A stretch of DNA of 64,000 nucleotides, from the NCBI GenBank assembly GCA_029856045.1, contig JAHQWG010000012.1, forward strand, positions 64,001 to 128,000, in the 5' to 3' direction. Both the position numbers and the translations under genes were made by a program. Shown piece by piece: positions 38,467 to 47,303 of the stretch. The notes beneath the pieces are model-generated. The model made no database searches and was not told the origin of the DNA. It was given only the letters and a program-made list of their open reading frames with translations. Position 1 is the stretch's first letter, and each line of letters opens with the position of its first letter. This DNA is from Promethearchaeia archaeon (lineage in GTDB: Archaea > Asgardarchaeota > Lokiarchaeia > Sigyniarchaeales > SOKP01).

Positions 38467-39708
38467 TTAAGATTTTGATACAATTTCTTTTTTTTGAATG
38501 ATTTTTCTTAGTTCCTTAGCTACATTTTCTGGAAGTAATCGAGCTACTCGCATATCATCTGCCATTTCTGCCCCCCCTATAAACTCATATGGTAAAACAT
38601 CGCCAAATAGATGGAAATGGGATTTTTCATACCCATAGGGTTTCATATTTAGAATAATATTCCTATTTGGATTAACAAAGATGTCATTTAGAGCTTTCCA
38701 GATTATTTTTAGATTTTGTGCGAGTTCGTCAAAATAATTTTTATCAAGTTCATCTAATCGCTCAAAATGCTCATTTGGATAAAATCTGAGATGATAATTT
38801 CTTAAAGGACTGCCAGTTGCAAAAAATGTCCATAAATTTGTTTTTAAAACTATCCTAGAGCCACCACCATGATCTGACTTGCATAGACGACATTCACGTT
38901 CTCTCATCTCTTCAAACGCTTTAAGATGCATTTCTAATCGCGCCCCATGGCCATCCTCGTTTAGATCAATATAAACTTGCGAATGAAATCTTCTCTGACT
39001 GCCCCCTACGGGCTTCCCAATATTAAAAAACGGTGATACCGGAATATTCTTTATTCCTTTTTTATTAGCCTCATCAATAACATAATTTATTCCTGCAGTT
39101 GTTGATTGAAATACTTCAGATATTACATCATCCGGAATTTCTTCAAACTTTAAAGAATCATAATAATCCTGCGAAATAGTAACCAGATTTACACCATACG
39201 CCAGTCTAGAGTTTGAAGGTAAATTATTAATTATATAATCATGGATCGAATCTTCAATCCATCGAGCCATAGCAGGATATCTATTGATTAATGTTATTGT
39301 TTTTCCTTGAATATTCATGTTTCTTTTTGGTATGATACTAAAAGGCGAATCTAATCTTTTATTTCCATTACAAATAATTATTCCAAAACCATCACCAATT
39401 AGATTGCCTTCATTATCCTTTATTGGTTTTCCATTTAAAATTGCTTTAAAAGCATCATTATCTCCATTGTCATTATCCATATTGAATTTTCTTTTTCTTC
39501 TAACGGGAGAGATATAACTATAATGTCCGTAAATTTTTGATAAAACAATACTCTGTCCATTATCCTGTAGAATAATGGGTACGTTTGAAAGTGGATCCCA
39601 TCGTTTGATCGGGATTTTGGTTAGACTTGAAAAACTATGGCTGGAAATGATGCCGAATTGCATAAAGGGAATTTCCCACAATTCTAAAGTCCTTTTAGAT
39701 TCACTCAA
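38467..39708 (-). CDS. GalT/ADP-glucose phosphorylase-like HIT-superfamily nucleotidyltransferase
   Basis: NRYPA, FFNIG..VGGSQRRFHSQ, CRLC, HFH, GGAE, PENVAKELR. Confidence 0.7.
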   Translation of the reverse strand: MSESKRTLELWEIPFMQFGIISSHSFSSLTKIPIKRWDPLSNVPIILQDNGQSIVLSKIYGHYSYISPVRRKRKFNMDNDNGDNDAFKAILNGKPIKDNEGNLIGDGFGIIICNGNKRLDSPFSIIPKRNMNIQGKTITLINRYPAMARWIEDSIHDYIINNLPSNSRLAYGVNLVTISQDYYDSLKFEEIPDDVISEVFQSTTAGINYVIDEANKKGIKNIPVSPFFNIGKPVGGSQRRFHSQVYIDLNEDGHGARLEMHLKAFEEMRERECRLCKSDHGGGSRIVLKTNLWTFFATGSPLRNYHLRFYPNEHFERLDELDKNYFDELAQNLKIIWKALNDIFVNPNRNIILNMKPYGYEKSHFHLFGDVLPYEFIGGAEMADDMRVARLLPENVAKELRKIIQKKEIVSKS

Positions 39709-39890
39709 AATGTCTAAATCAGTAATGATTATTTACTCCAAAAAAAATTTGTCATTAAATATGTTTCCTAATTTGGATTACTTATTATAAAACTTCATCT
39801 AATATAGAAATTAAGAAACAACTTTTATTAATTATTAATATTTTTTGATATCTATTATTATTTTTTTAAAAAAAATAAAAAAAATATTCG

Positions 39891-42620
39891 GTGATGATAA
39901 TTACTGAGTCTTTAATATTAAATCTAAGAGATATTACTGAAAAGGATATAAATAAAATAGGGAGTAAGGCTGTAAATCTCGGAATGTTAATTCAGAAAAA
40001 TTTTTCTGTTCCAGAAGGGTTTGTTATTACTATTGCTGCATATTCTTTATTTCGAGACGACAATGATCTCGAGACGACAATTCAAAATTTTCTTAAAGAT
40101 ATTGATTATTCTAATTATGAAACAATTGAGACTTGTTCAAGAAAAATCAAAGAAGAAATTGAACGAGCATCTCTCCCTCATAAATTGATAAAAGAGATGA
40201 AAAAAAGATTTGAATATTTGGATATAAATAATTTTGTCGTTCGCTCATCCGGTTTATCAGAAGATTTACCAACAGCTTCTTTTGCAGGACAATATGAATC
40301 TTTTCTAAATATTAAAAGTCTTGATGAGATACTTAAACATATTAAGCGATGTTACTCATCGGTTTGGACTAGTCGAGCAATTGTATATCGGAATGAGAAC
40401 AAAATTCCTCATGATAATGCTGAATTAGCAGTAATTATTCAAAAGATGATTCCAGCTAAGAGTTCAGGGGTCTTATTTACAGCAGACCCAATATCATTAG
40501 ACCGTTCAAATTTGCTTATCGAATCTAATTTTGGATTAGGTGAATCTGTTATGTCAGGAGTGATTAGTCCAGATCAATACACAGTTCATAGAGGTGGTTC
40601 AGTTAAAAAAGAATTATTTGAGATTCTTAAAAAGCGAATTGGCTTAAAAAATGTTGCTGCACACCCAAAATCTTCAGAAAATGAGAATGGAATTGAATAT
40701 ATCAAATTAACCGATGATATGAATAGAAAGTCTTCCCTTTCTGATGAACAAATCATACAGCTCGCCCAAATAGGGAGAGAAATAGAACATCAATTTGGAT
40801 CTCCACAAGACATTGAATGGGCAATAGATCGATCAAATCAAATCCATCTTCTCCAAACGCGACCAATAACCTCAATGAAGTCTGCTCAACCCGTTAAAAA
40901 AATTATTTGGAGTCGAGGATATTCTGATGATTATTGGAATGATTCTGTTACTCCTTTATTTTTTGATCTTTTAGGAGATCAATTAACGCTAACTGTAAAC
41001 ATGGAATTAAATAGTATTATGGGTTACCAACGCATGGAGAAAAAGTTAATGAAACCCTTTAAAGCGCATGTATATTTCAATCTTGATGTTTTGAAGCGAA
41101 AAGTAGAACATGAAATACCGGGGTTTATTAGGAATGAAGATCTTCTGAATTATTTTCCAGAAGGTTCTGGACCATTTGGTCAAAAAACTATAAAAAAACT
41201 ACCTTTTCGTCTTTTAAAGCGAATAGTTGCAGAATTAAGGGTAATGCTACATGATTCTGACGGTTCAATGACAAAAACTGATAAAAAGTATGAGACGTGG
41301 ACCCAAGAAGAATTTTTTCCATATTGCGATGAATTTGATTTACGTTTAGGAAATCTAATAGGAAGTGGAAATATTAAAGCTCTTATTGATTTAGCTGAAG
41401 AATTAGACCAAAAAATAATGGTTACTCATTTTCGTCTTGTTCGCTACGGAATACCTGTTCACAACATTGGGATGAATTTAATGGCTCAGTACCTACTAAC
41501 TCGATTTCTTGGAAAGAAAGAGATGCAGCGGTTATATCCGATATTAATTTCAAATCTAAAGCATAAATTGACCGAAACAAATGAACAAATACATGATCTT
41601 GCTGCATTTATTCGAAAAACCCCAGAATTAAGAGATATAATTCTCGAAAAGGATTCAAAAGAACTTTATATTTATCTATCATCCGAAAAAAATCCTGTTT
41701 TTAAAAGCTTTTTTGATATATTTGAAAGATTTTTACAGGAACATGGTGACCGCGGATTTACGAGAGAACCCTACTATCCACGTTGGAGGGACGCCCCTGA
41801 ATATGTATTTGATATCTTAAAATCTCTAGTCGCAGATGAAATTAAAGAAATAGAAAAAGAAAGTTCAAAAAGAACAATTGCTCAAGAAAATATTGATAGT
41901 TTTGTTCAGCAAAAAATCAGATCAACGAGATTGGGCTTTTTAAAATGGAAAATATTTTCAATAATTTTAAAGTTTGCTCGCAAATATATCATATTTCGCG
42001 AAAATCAAAGATTTAATCTGGATCGGTGGATTACAAGGAATCGACATGTTTTCTTAGAAATTGGAGAACAATTCACACGTCAGGGAAAATTACAAGATCC
42101 AATAGAGATTTTCTTTTTACACAAAAAAGAAATAAAAAAATTAGCTTTTCAGGATTTAAGCAACAAAGAAGTTAGTAAAATCTCAACTTTAGTCAAAAAA
42201 CGATATGAAGAATTTTTAAAATATGAGAATATTATACCACCAAAATTCATCGAAGGTTCGCAGGAATTCAGAGATCCAACTCAATTTACAAAAGAAAGTC
42301 ATTCATTTCGAGGAATTCCCGCAAGTCAAGGAATTAATACCGCTCCAATACGTGTATTAACTAAGATTGAGGATATACCAAGTGTTGAAGCAGGTGAAAT
42401 TCTCGTAGTTCCTCGAACAGACCCTGGTTGGACCCCCATTTTTTCGAAAATTGCAGGCTTAATCACAGAAACAGGCGGTATTCTTTCCCACGGAGCAGTT
42501 ATATCGAGGGAATACGGCGTTCCAGCTGTAACAAATATTCCAAATGCATGTCAACTTTTCCAAACAGGTCAAGTTGTCACAATTAATGGTAATAATGGCT
42601 GGATTACACTTCAAAAATAA
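39891..42620 (+). CDS. PEP-synthase-related dikinase with rifampin phosphotransferase-like domain order
   Basis: GSKAVNL, VRSS..ED...SFAGQ, GLGESV, QDIEW, LQTRPIT; large central domain; C-terminal TDPGW...SHGAVISREYG. Confidence 0.88.
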   Translation: MMIITESLILNLRDITEKDINKIGSKAVNLGMLIQKNFSVPEGFVITIAAYSLFRDDNDLETTIQNFLKDIDYSNYETIETCSRKIKEEIERASLPHKLIKEMKKRFEYLDINNFVVRSSGLSEDLPTASFAGQYESFLNIKSLDEILKHIKRCYSSVWTSRAIVYRNENKIPHDNAELAVIIQKMIPAKSSGVLFTADPISLDRSNLLIESNFGLGESVMSGVISPDQYTVHRGGSVKKELFEILKKRIGLKNVAAHPKSSENENGIEYIKLTDDMNRKSSLSDEQIIQLAQIGREIEHQFGSPQDIEWAIDRSNQIHLLQTRPITSMKSAQPVKKIIWSRGYSDDYWNDSVTPLFFDLLGDQLTLTVNMELNSIMGYQRMEKKLMKPFKAHVYFNLDVLKRKVEHEIPGFIRNEDLLNYFPEGSGPFGQKTIKKLPFRLLKRIVAELRVMLHDSDGSMTKTDKKYETWTQEEFFPYCDEFDLRLGNLIGSGNIKALIDLAEELDQKIMVTHFRLVRYGIPVHNIGMNLMAQYLLTRFLGKKEMQRLYPILISNLKHKLTETNEQIHDLAAFIRKTPELRDIILEKDSKELYIYLSSEKNPVFKSFFDIFERFLQEHGDRGFTREPYYPRWRDAPEYVFDILKSLVADEIKEIEKESSKRTIAQENIDSFVQQKIRSTRLGFLKWKIFSIILKFARKYIIFRENQRFNLDRWITRNRHVFLEIGEQFTRQGKLQDPIEIFFLHKKEIKKLAFQDLSNKEVSKISTLVKKRYEEFLKYENIIPPKFIEGSQEFRDPTQFTKESHSFRGIPASQGINTAPIRVLTKIEDIPSVEAGEILVVPRTDPGWTPIFSKIAGLITETGGILSHGAVISREYGVPAVTNIPNACQLFQTGQVVTINGNNGWITLQK

Positions 42621-42704
42621 CCTTAAAAAAAGGAATTAAATTATTAGAAAAAAAATATTTATTAAATAAGTTTCTTTAGTTAATAATCAAAACTGTGAAT
42701 TTCA

Positions 42705-43577
42705 TTGTCTCGAGAATTAATAAAAAACCATCCCCTCACTTTTTATTTTATAATAAGCTATGCTATAATGATCATTACAGTTTCTATTCAATTAATTTTT
42801 AGTATTCCTAGTTTTGGGGTCTTGAGTTTTAATGTCCCGGGATTTATATTGTGGATTTTGATGATTTTTAGTCCCACCATTTCAAGTATAACCGTAACTG
42901 GTATCATTAATGGAAGGACGGGAATTAAGACCTTATTAAAAGGTTTTTCTATTTGGAAAGTTGGACTAATTTGGTATTTTGCAGCCTCTTTATTTCTCAT
43001 CGCGCCACTTATTGCTGGGATTTTTTATTTTATTTTTGGAGGAGAGGCACCGGGAATTGACCCAAGTTTAACCTTTCAAGTTATCATTTCCTATGTGGTA
43101 TTTGGGTTTTTCTCTGGCCCCTTAAGTGAAGAAGCAGGTTGGCGAGGCTTTGCTCTACCAAGGCTTGAATCAAAATATAATGCACTTGTAGCTAGTCTTA
43201 TTTTAGGAATAATTTGGACGTTTTGGCATTTACCATTGTATTTTTTACCTGATTCTTCGCAAATTGGAATCCCATTTCCAATATATATGGTTCTAGTTGT
43301 TTCTATAACTATTATAATGACTTGGGCATATAATAATACTAATGGTAGTTTAATCATTACAGTACTGATTCATTTCTGTTTTAATTTTGGTAGCGTATTA
43401 GTTGTTTCGATATTAGGATTAATATCTATGATGGTATTTTTCATTGTTGGTGCAGTATTGATCGTAATTTATCTGATATTCGTTATAGTTCATGGTGGTT
43501 CGAAAAAACTTTCCAGAAAACCAGATGAAGAAATGCCTTTTAATAAAATCATTACAAAAGAGGCGGCACTAAAATAA
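42705..43577 (+). CDS. CPBP/Abi (CAAX-type) intramembrane protease
   Basis: EEAGWRG, WTFWHLP, IHFCFN. Confidence 0.9.
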   Translation: MSRELIKNHPLTFYFIISYAIMIITVSIQLIFSIPSFGVLSFNVPGFILWILMIFSPTISSITVTGIINGRTGIKTLLKGFSIWKVGLIWYFAASLFLIAPLIAGIFYFIFGGEAPGIDPSLTFQVIISYVVFGFFSGPLSEEAGWRGFALPRLESKYNALVASLILGIIWTFWHLPLYFLPDSSQIGIPFPIYMVLVVSITIIMTWAYNNTNGSLIITVLIHFCFNFGSVLVVSILGLISMMVFFIVGAVLIVIYLIFVIVHGGSKKLSRKPDEEMPFNKIITKEAALK

Positions 43578-43584
43578 AGATGGT

Positions 43585-43660
43585 ATATATCAATAGTTGC
43601 CGGGGGTTTAGACGTAATATCAAAATAGATATTCTTAACTTCGGGAATTGTTTTTAACTT
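43585..43660 (-). pseudogene. guaA: 3'-terminal remnant of GMP synthase (guaA/guaAB)
   Basis: Manual translation KLKTIPEVKNIYFDITSKPPATI, matching the GMP synthase C-terminal YDITSKPPATIE motif; in-frame stop just upstream. Confidence 0.75.
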
Positions 43661-43709
43661 ATTTTTTTCCTAAAAAAAATAAAATTATGGTTAAATAAGG
43701 TGTAGAAAA

Positions 43710-44675
43710 ATAGAACCAAAAACTCATGAATGTAAGACTGCTGATTCCGAATGGAATGAATCCTATTATTTTGTATTTTATGATAAAGAAATAAATTTGG
43801 GTGGAATGAGTCGAATTGGATTCAAGCCAAATAAACCAGAGGGAATGACATTTTTATTTCTCTTTTTGCCGGATGGTTCAGCTGCTGGATATCATCATAT
43901 TGAGAGCATTAAAGAATATTCAACTCCATTTAAAGTGGGTGGTATGGCTCATATATGTCAACCAGATGGAAAATGGAAATATGAATTTAATGGAAATATG
44001 ATTATGGTCAAGAATCCAGAAGATTTGCCGAAAGTTAGGGAACAACCAAAATTAATAGCGGGAGCTCATAAAGTAAAGATAAATCTCAATTTTGATCCAA
44101 TTAATGATGTGTATGAATATAGTGAAAATATGACTCCCGAGTCTTTAGAGCTTGGAAAAAAGGCGGGAGATAAACACTGGGAGCAAATTGCCAAGATCTC
44201 TGGGGATATTCAGGTCGGTGAAAAAAAATATCCTATTCGAAATACTCTTGGGCAACGAGATCACACTTATGGTATTCGAGATTGGACTGGTATAGGTAAT
44301 TGGTTGTATTATGTGGTTTGGTTTAATGAAAATTTAGCGATAAACCCAGCAGTTGTCATAGCTGATGATGGCAGATTATCTACAGGTGGTTTTCTTTTTA
44401 AAAATGGTCAAAATATTCCATTAAAAACGATTCGAATTATTGATCAACAATTTCGTGATGATAATATATTTCCAATTAGTTCAGAGCTTGAATTAATTGA
44501 CGCTTTAGATGATAAGCATATTCTGAAAGCACGTGTGAGATCAATTATTCCAGTTCCCTTTCAAGATAATGAGGGTAACCAATCTATCCTTATTCAATCA
44601 TTTGCAGATTACCAATTAGATGATAATAAAAATGGCTACGGATCATTAGAAACTTTAAGAAAAGTAAAAAAGTAA
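43710..44675 (+). CDS. Hypothetical protein, AttH/CrtC (lipocalin-like) type; probable ATA start upstream of the called TTG at 43797
   Basis: Frame open from 43695; WNESYYF, SRIG, HWEQ, GQRDHTYGIRDW; AAGGTG SD-like just before ATA at 43710. Confidence 0.7.
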   Translation: MEPKTHECKTADSEWNESYYFVFYDKEINLGGMSRIGFKPNKPEGMTFLFLFLPDGSAAGYHHIESIKEYSTPFKVGGMAHICQPDGKWKYEFNGNMIMVKNPEDLPKVREQPKLIAGAHKVKINLNFDPINDVYEYSENMTPESLELGKKAGDKHWEQIAKISGDIQVGEKKYPIRNTLGQRDHTYGIRDWTGIGNWLYYVVWFNENLAINPAVVIADDGRLSTGGFLFKNGQNIPLKTIRIIDQQFRDDNIFPISSELELIDALDDKHILKARVRSIIPVPFQDNEGNQSILIQSFADYQLDDNKNGYGSLETLRKVKK

Positions 44676-44698
44676 AAAATAAGGAATAAGATAAATTT

Positions 44699-44827
44699 TT
44701 AATTTCTTTTTTTATTACGTCTTTTTTTTTGAGATTTAGAGCCAAAACCCCAATCTGGAGTATGAGAATTTTTATTATTGTGTTTAATTTTATATTTTCC
44801 ATTTGTTTCTTCGAGGGGCGGGTTCAT
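44699..44827 (-). CDS. Putative 42-aa basic small protein
   Basis: Manual translation MNPPLEETNGKYKIKHNNKNSHTPDWGFGSKSQKKRRNKKRN*; AAGGT upstream; below the ORF-track cutoff. Confidence 0.35.
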   Translation of the reverse strand: MNPPLEETNGKYKIKHNNKNSHTPDWGFGSKSQKKRRNKKRN

Positions 44828-44947
44828 TATTAAATAAACCTTCTAATATAAATGAACTATATTATTATTTAATTCTTAACATTACTTTCTATTTAAAAGA
44901 TATATAAATTTTCGTCGGTCTTTAAGACAAAAATGTAATATAATTGA

Positions 44948-47149
44948 TCAATTTAGTGAAAATTCCAACTCAAAATCGACTATACTATTAGTCATTACGA
45001 TATTTAAGCCTTGAAATATTTTTTGATATCCAGTATTCGTTCTTGAAAATGTTTTTATAGAATATTTTCCCATGTTAGCATTTTGTGCATTTCTCAAAAC
45101 TTTTAACGTAAATATTAAGTTATATGTTTGATCATAGGCACTAAAGAAATCACATTTTTGGAAGGTCCTTACTTGAGAGAAATCAGTTTTTGAATCATTT
45201 TTTAAGATTTTTAACTTATCTTCATTAAAAGTGTATTTAAATTGCTTTGGATCTCCATTAAAGAAAAATGGAACCTCAATACCTATTCTTAAATCATTTA
45301 AAATTTTTTCCAATATCTCGGGATTTTTTTTTTCAATAGATGGTTGTATTTTAAATGAAACATTGAATTTATTAGACCCAGATTGAAGTTTAATTATTTT
45401 AATTAGATCAAATCCAAAGGTTTGACCGGATTCTGGTTCAGTGATGCTTCCCGAATATTTCAATTTAACTATTGCAATATCATCATTAATTGTTGTTTCA
45501 AGAATTTCATAATCTCCTGAAATAAAATCACCTAATTCTTTATAAGTATTCCGACCAAGCTCTTTTACTGTGGTATCTTTATGAAATATCATAGTCCTAA
45601 GCATTCCTTTTCTAAAAAAATCAATAATAACTTCTTCCTTTTCATGATAAGCTTCATGCCATCTAGTCATAACATTAAGTAAATTGTATGATTTTGGCTT
45701 AAAATCTAACTCAAAAAGGATACCACCTAACCTTGGTTTTACATATAAATTGAGAATATCCGATTCTATTATTATATCTTCAAAACTGTCAAAATCAAAA
45801 TCTAATACATGAATTCTTGGACTTTTACTGAGTGGAATGATCGTATAATCGCTATATTTATTAATTAAGAGATTTTCGATCTTAGTTATTATTTTTTCTG
45901 CGTTTATAATATGAGTAAATATGGAAAAACGTAAAAATGCAAGGTAGATTCCTCCAAATTGGCCATGCCAATAACAGTCGTTGCACTGACTTTTATAAAC
46001 CTCGTCCCAAGCATTCGATAATAATTCTTGAAGTTTTTGATCTTGATTCCCTAATTTTATTATTTTATTTTCGATCATTTTTAATTTCTTACGAACGTAA
46101 AGCATCTTTTTATGCATTGTATTCGATTCAGGATATTTTACTAGGAAATATCGCCAGAATCCACCCTTAATAAACCTATCAATTTTTGAATCGATAATAT
46201 GATTTTCAATTTTTTCTTTAATTTTTTTAAATTGAATCCTCTGCTTAGTAGGAAGCACCCATTCCTCCATTTTATCGTAAGATGATGTGGGAATATATAT
46301 TAAACCTTTAGAGTTGTAATTTTCAATATATTCTGATAAAGTAAGGCTTTTTATCCAATCATTATCTAAGATTGTTTCAAACAAAGCTGGAATAAATGGC
46401 TTTTTGTCGTCCCCATCATAATGCCCTTTAATATAACAAATCTCATGTGTGGTCCCCCATACGCCCATCTTTTCGGCATCACTTAAAAGGACAACGATTC
46501 GGTCCCCATTTTCATCAGCGGATTTTTTTAAATAATCAATTGTCATAAAAGTAGGTTTCCAAGGAGTTAAATATCTAATTTTTTCGTTAATAGGAAAAAT
46601 CGTTAGAATGTTGCCTCCGTCTTCGACCGTATAAGAATAAAATGTATCTCTTTCTTCAAGACCACAGGCTTTGAGATGATTATCATCAACCAAAATATAT
46701 TTTAATCCTGCCTGATTTAAAAATGAAGGATAATTAGGTTCCCATACTCTTTCACTTAACCATGCTCCATTGACCTTTAATCCAAATTCATCCATTATGC
46801 GTTCGCTTAATTTATTCATTTGAGCGATTTTATCCTCATCAGGAATCATTGCATAAATCGGTTCATAATAACCGCCACCAATTATTTCAATTTGGTCTCT
46901 TTTTGACATTTTCTTCAATTTATCCACAATCTCTGGCTCATAATCACAGAACCAATCTAGAAGATTTCCTGAAAAATGGAGTGTAAACTTTATTTCTGGA
47001 AAATCGAACATTTGATCAATTAATGGTTCATATGCTTTTTTATAGCAGTCTTCAATAACCCAATGAAAATTATCTACGGGTTGATGGAAATGAAATACGA
47101 GAGGAAAATTGATTGATTTCCCTTTTATATCAGAGTTTTGTTCAGTCAT
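44948..47149 (-). CDS. GH57 alpha-amylase/4-alpha-glucanotransferase
   Basis: HFHQP, HFSG, GGYYEP, WLSERVW, VDDNH, SDAEKMG, QCNDCYWHG, C-terminal beta domain. Confidence 0.92.
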   Translation of the reverse strand: MTEQNSDIKGKSINFPLVFHFHQPVDNFHWVIEDCYKKAYEPLIDQMFDFPEIKFTLHFSGNLLDWFCDYEPEIVDKLKKMSKRDQIEIIGGGYYEPIYAMIPDEDKIAQMNKLSERIMDEFGLKVNGAWLSERVWEPNYPSFLNQAGLKYILVDDNHLKACGLEERDTFYSYTVEDGGNILTIFPINEKIRYLTPWKPTFMTIDYLKKSADENGDRIVVLLSDAEKMGVWGTTHEICYIKGHYDGDDKKPFIPALFETILDNDWIKSLTLSEYIENYNSKGLIYIPTSSYDKMEEWVLPTKQRIQFKKIKEKIENHIIDSKIDRFIKGGFWRYFLVKYPESNTMHKKMLYVRKKLKMIENKIIKLGNQDQKLQELLSNAWDEVYKSQCNDCYWHGQFGGIYLAFLRFSIFTHIINAEKIITKIENLLINKYSDYTIIPLSKSPRIHVLDFDFDSFEDIIIESDILNLYVKPRLGGILFELDFKPKSYNLLNVMTRWHEAYHEKEEVIIDFFRKGMLRTMIFHKDTTVKELGRNTYKELGDFISGDYEILETTINDDIAIVKLKYSGSITEPESGQTFGFDLIKIIKLQSGSNKFNVSFKIQPSIEKKNPEILEKILNDLRIGIEVPFFFNGDPKQFKYTFNEDKLKILKNDSKTDFSQVRTFQKCDFFSAYDQTYNLIFTLKVLRNAQNANMGKYSIKTFSRTNTGYQKIFQGLNIVMTNSIVDFELEFSLN

Positions 47150-47303
47150 ATTCTAGGTTCCTTCATTTTTATACAAATTAAAAAATCGAGTATAATTATT
47201 CATCTAATTTAAATATAGAATATAAATTTTAAAAAATGAAGTAAAATTCTAAAATATAAATTATCAATTCCTTTTAGATTAGAGAAAAAAATACATTAAG
47301 AGC

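Noticed and set aside
39891-42620. Calling the dikinase ppsA or a rifampicin-resistance gene
   Set aside because: Domain order is not PpsA-like, and RPH substrate-pocket residues cannot be verified by eye.
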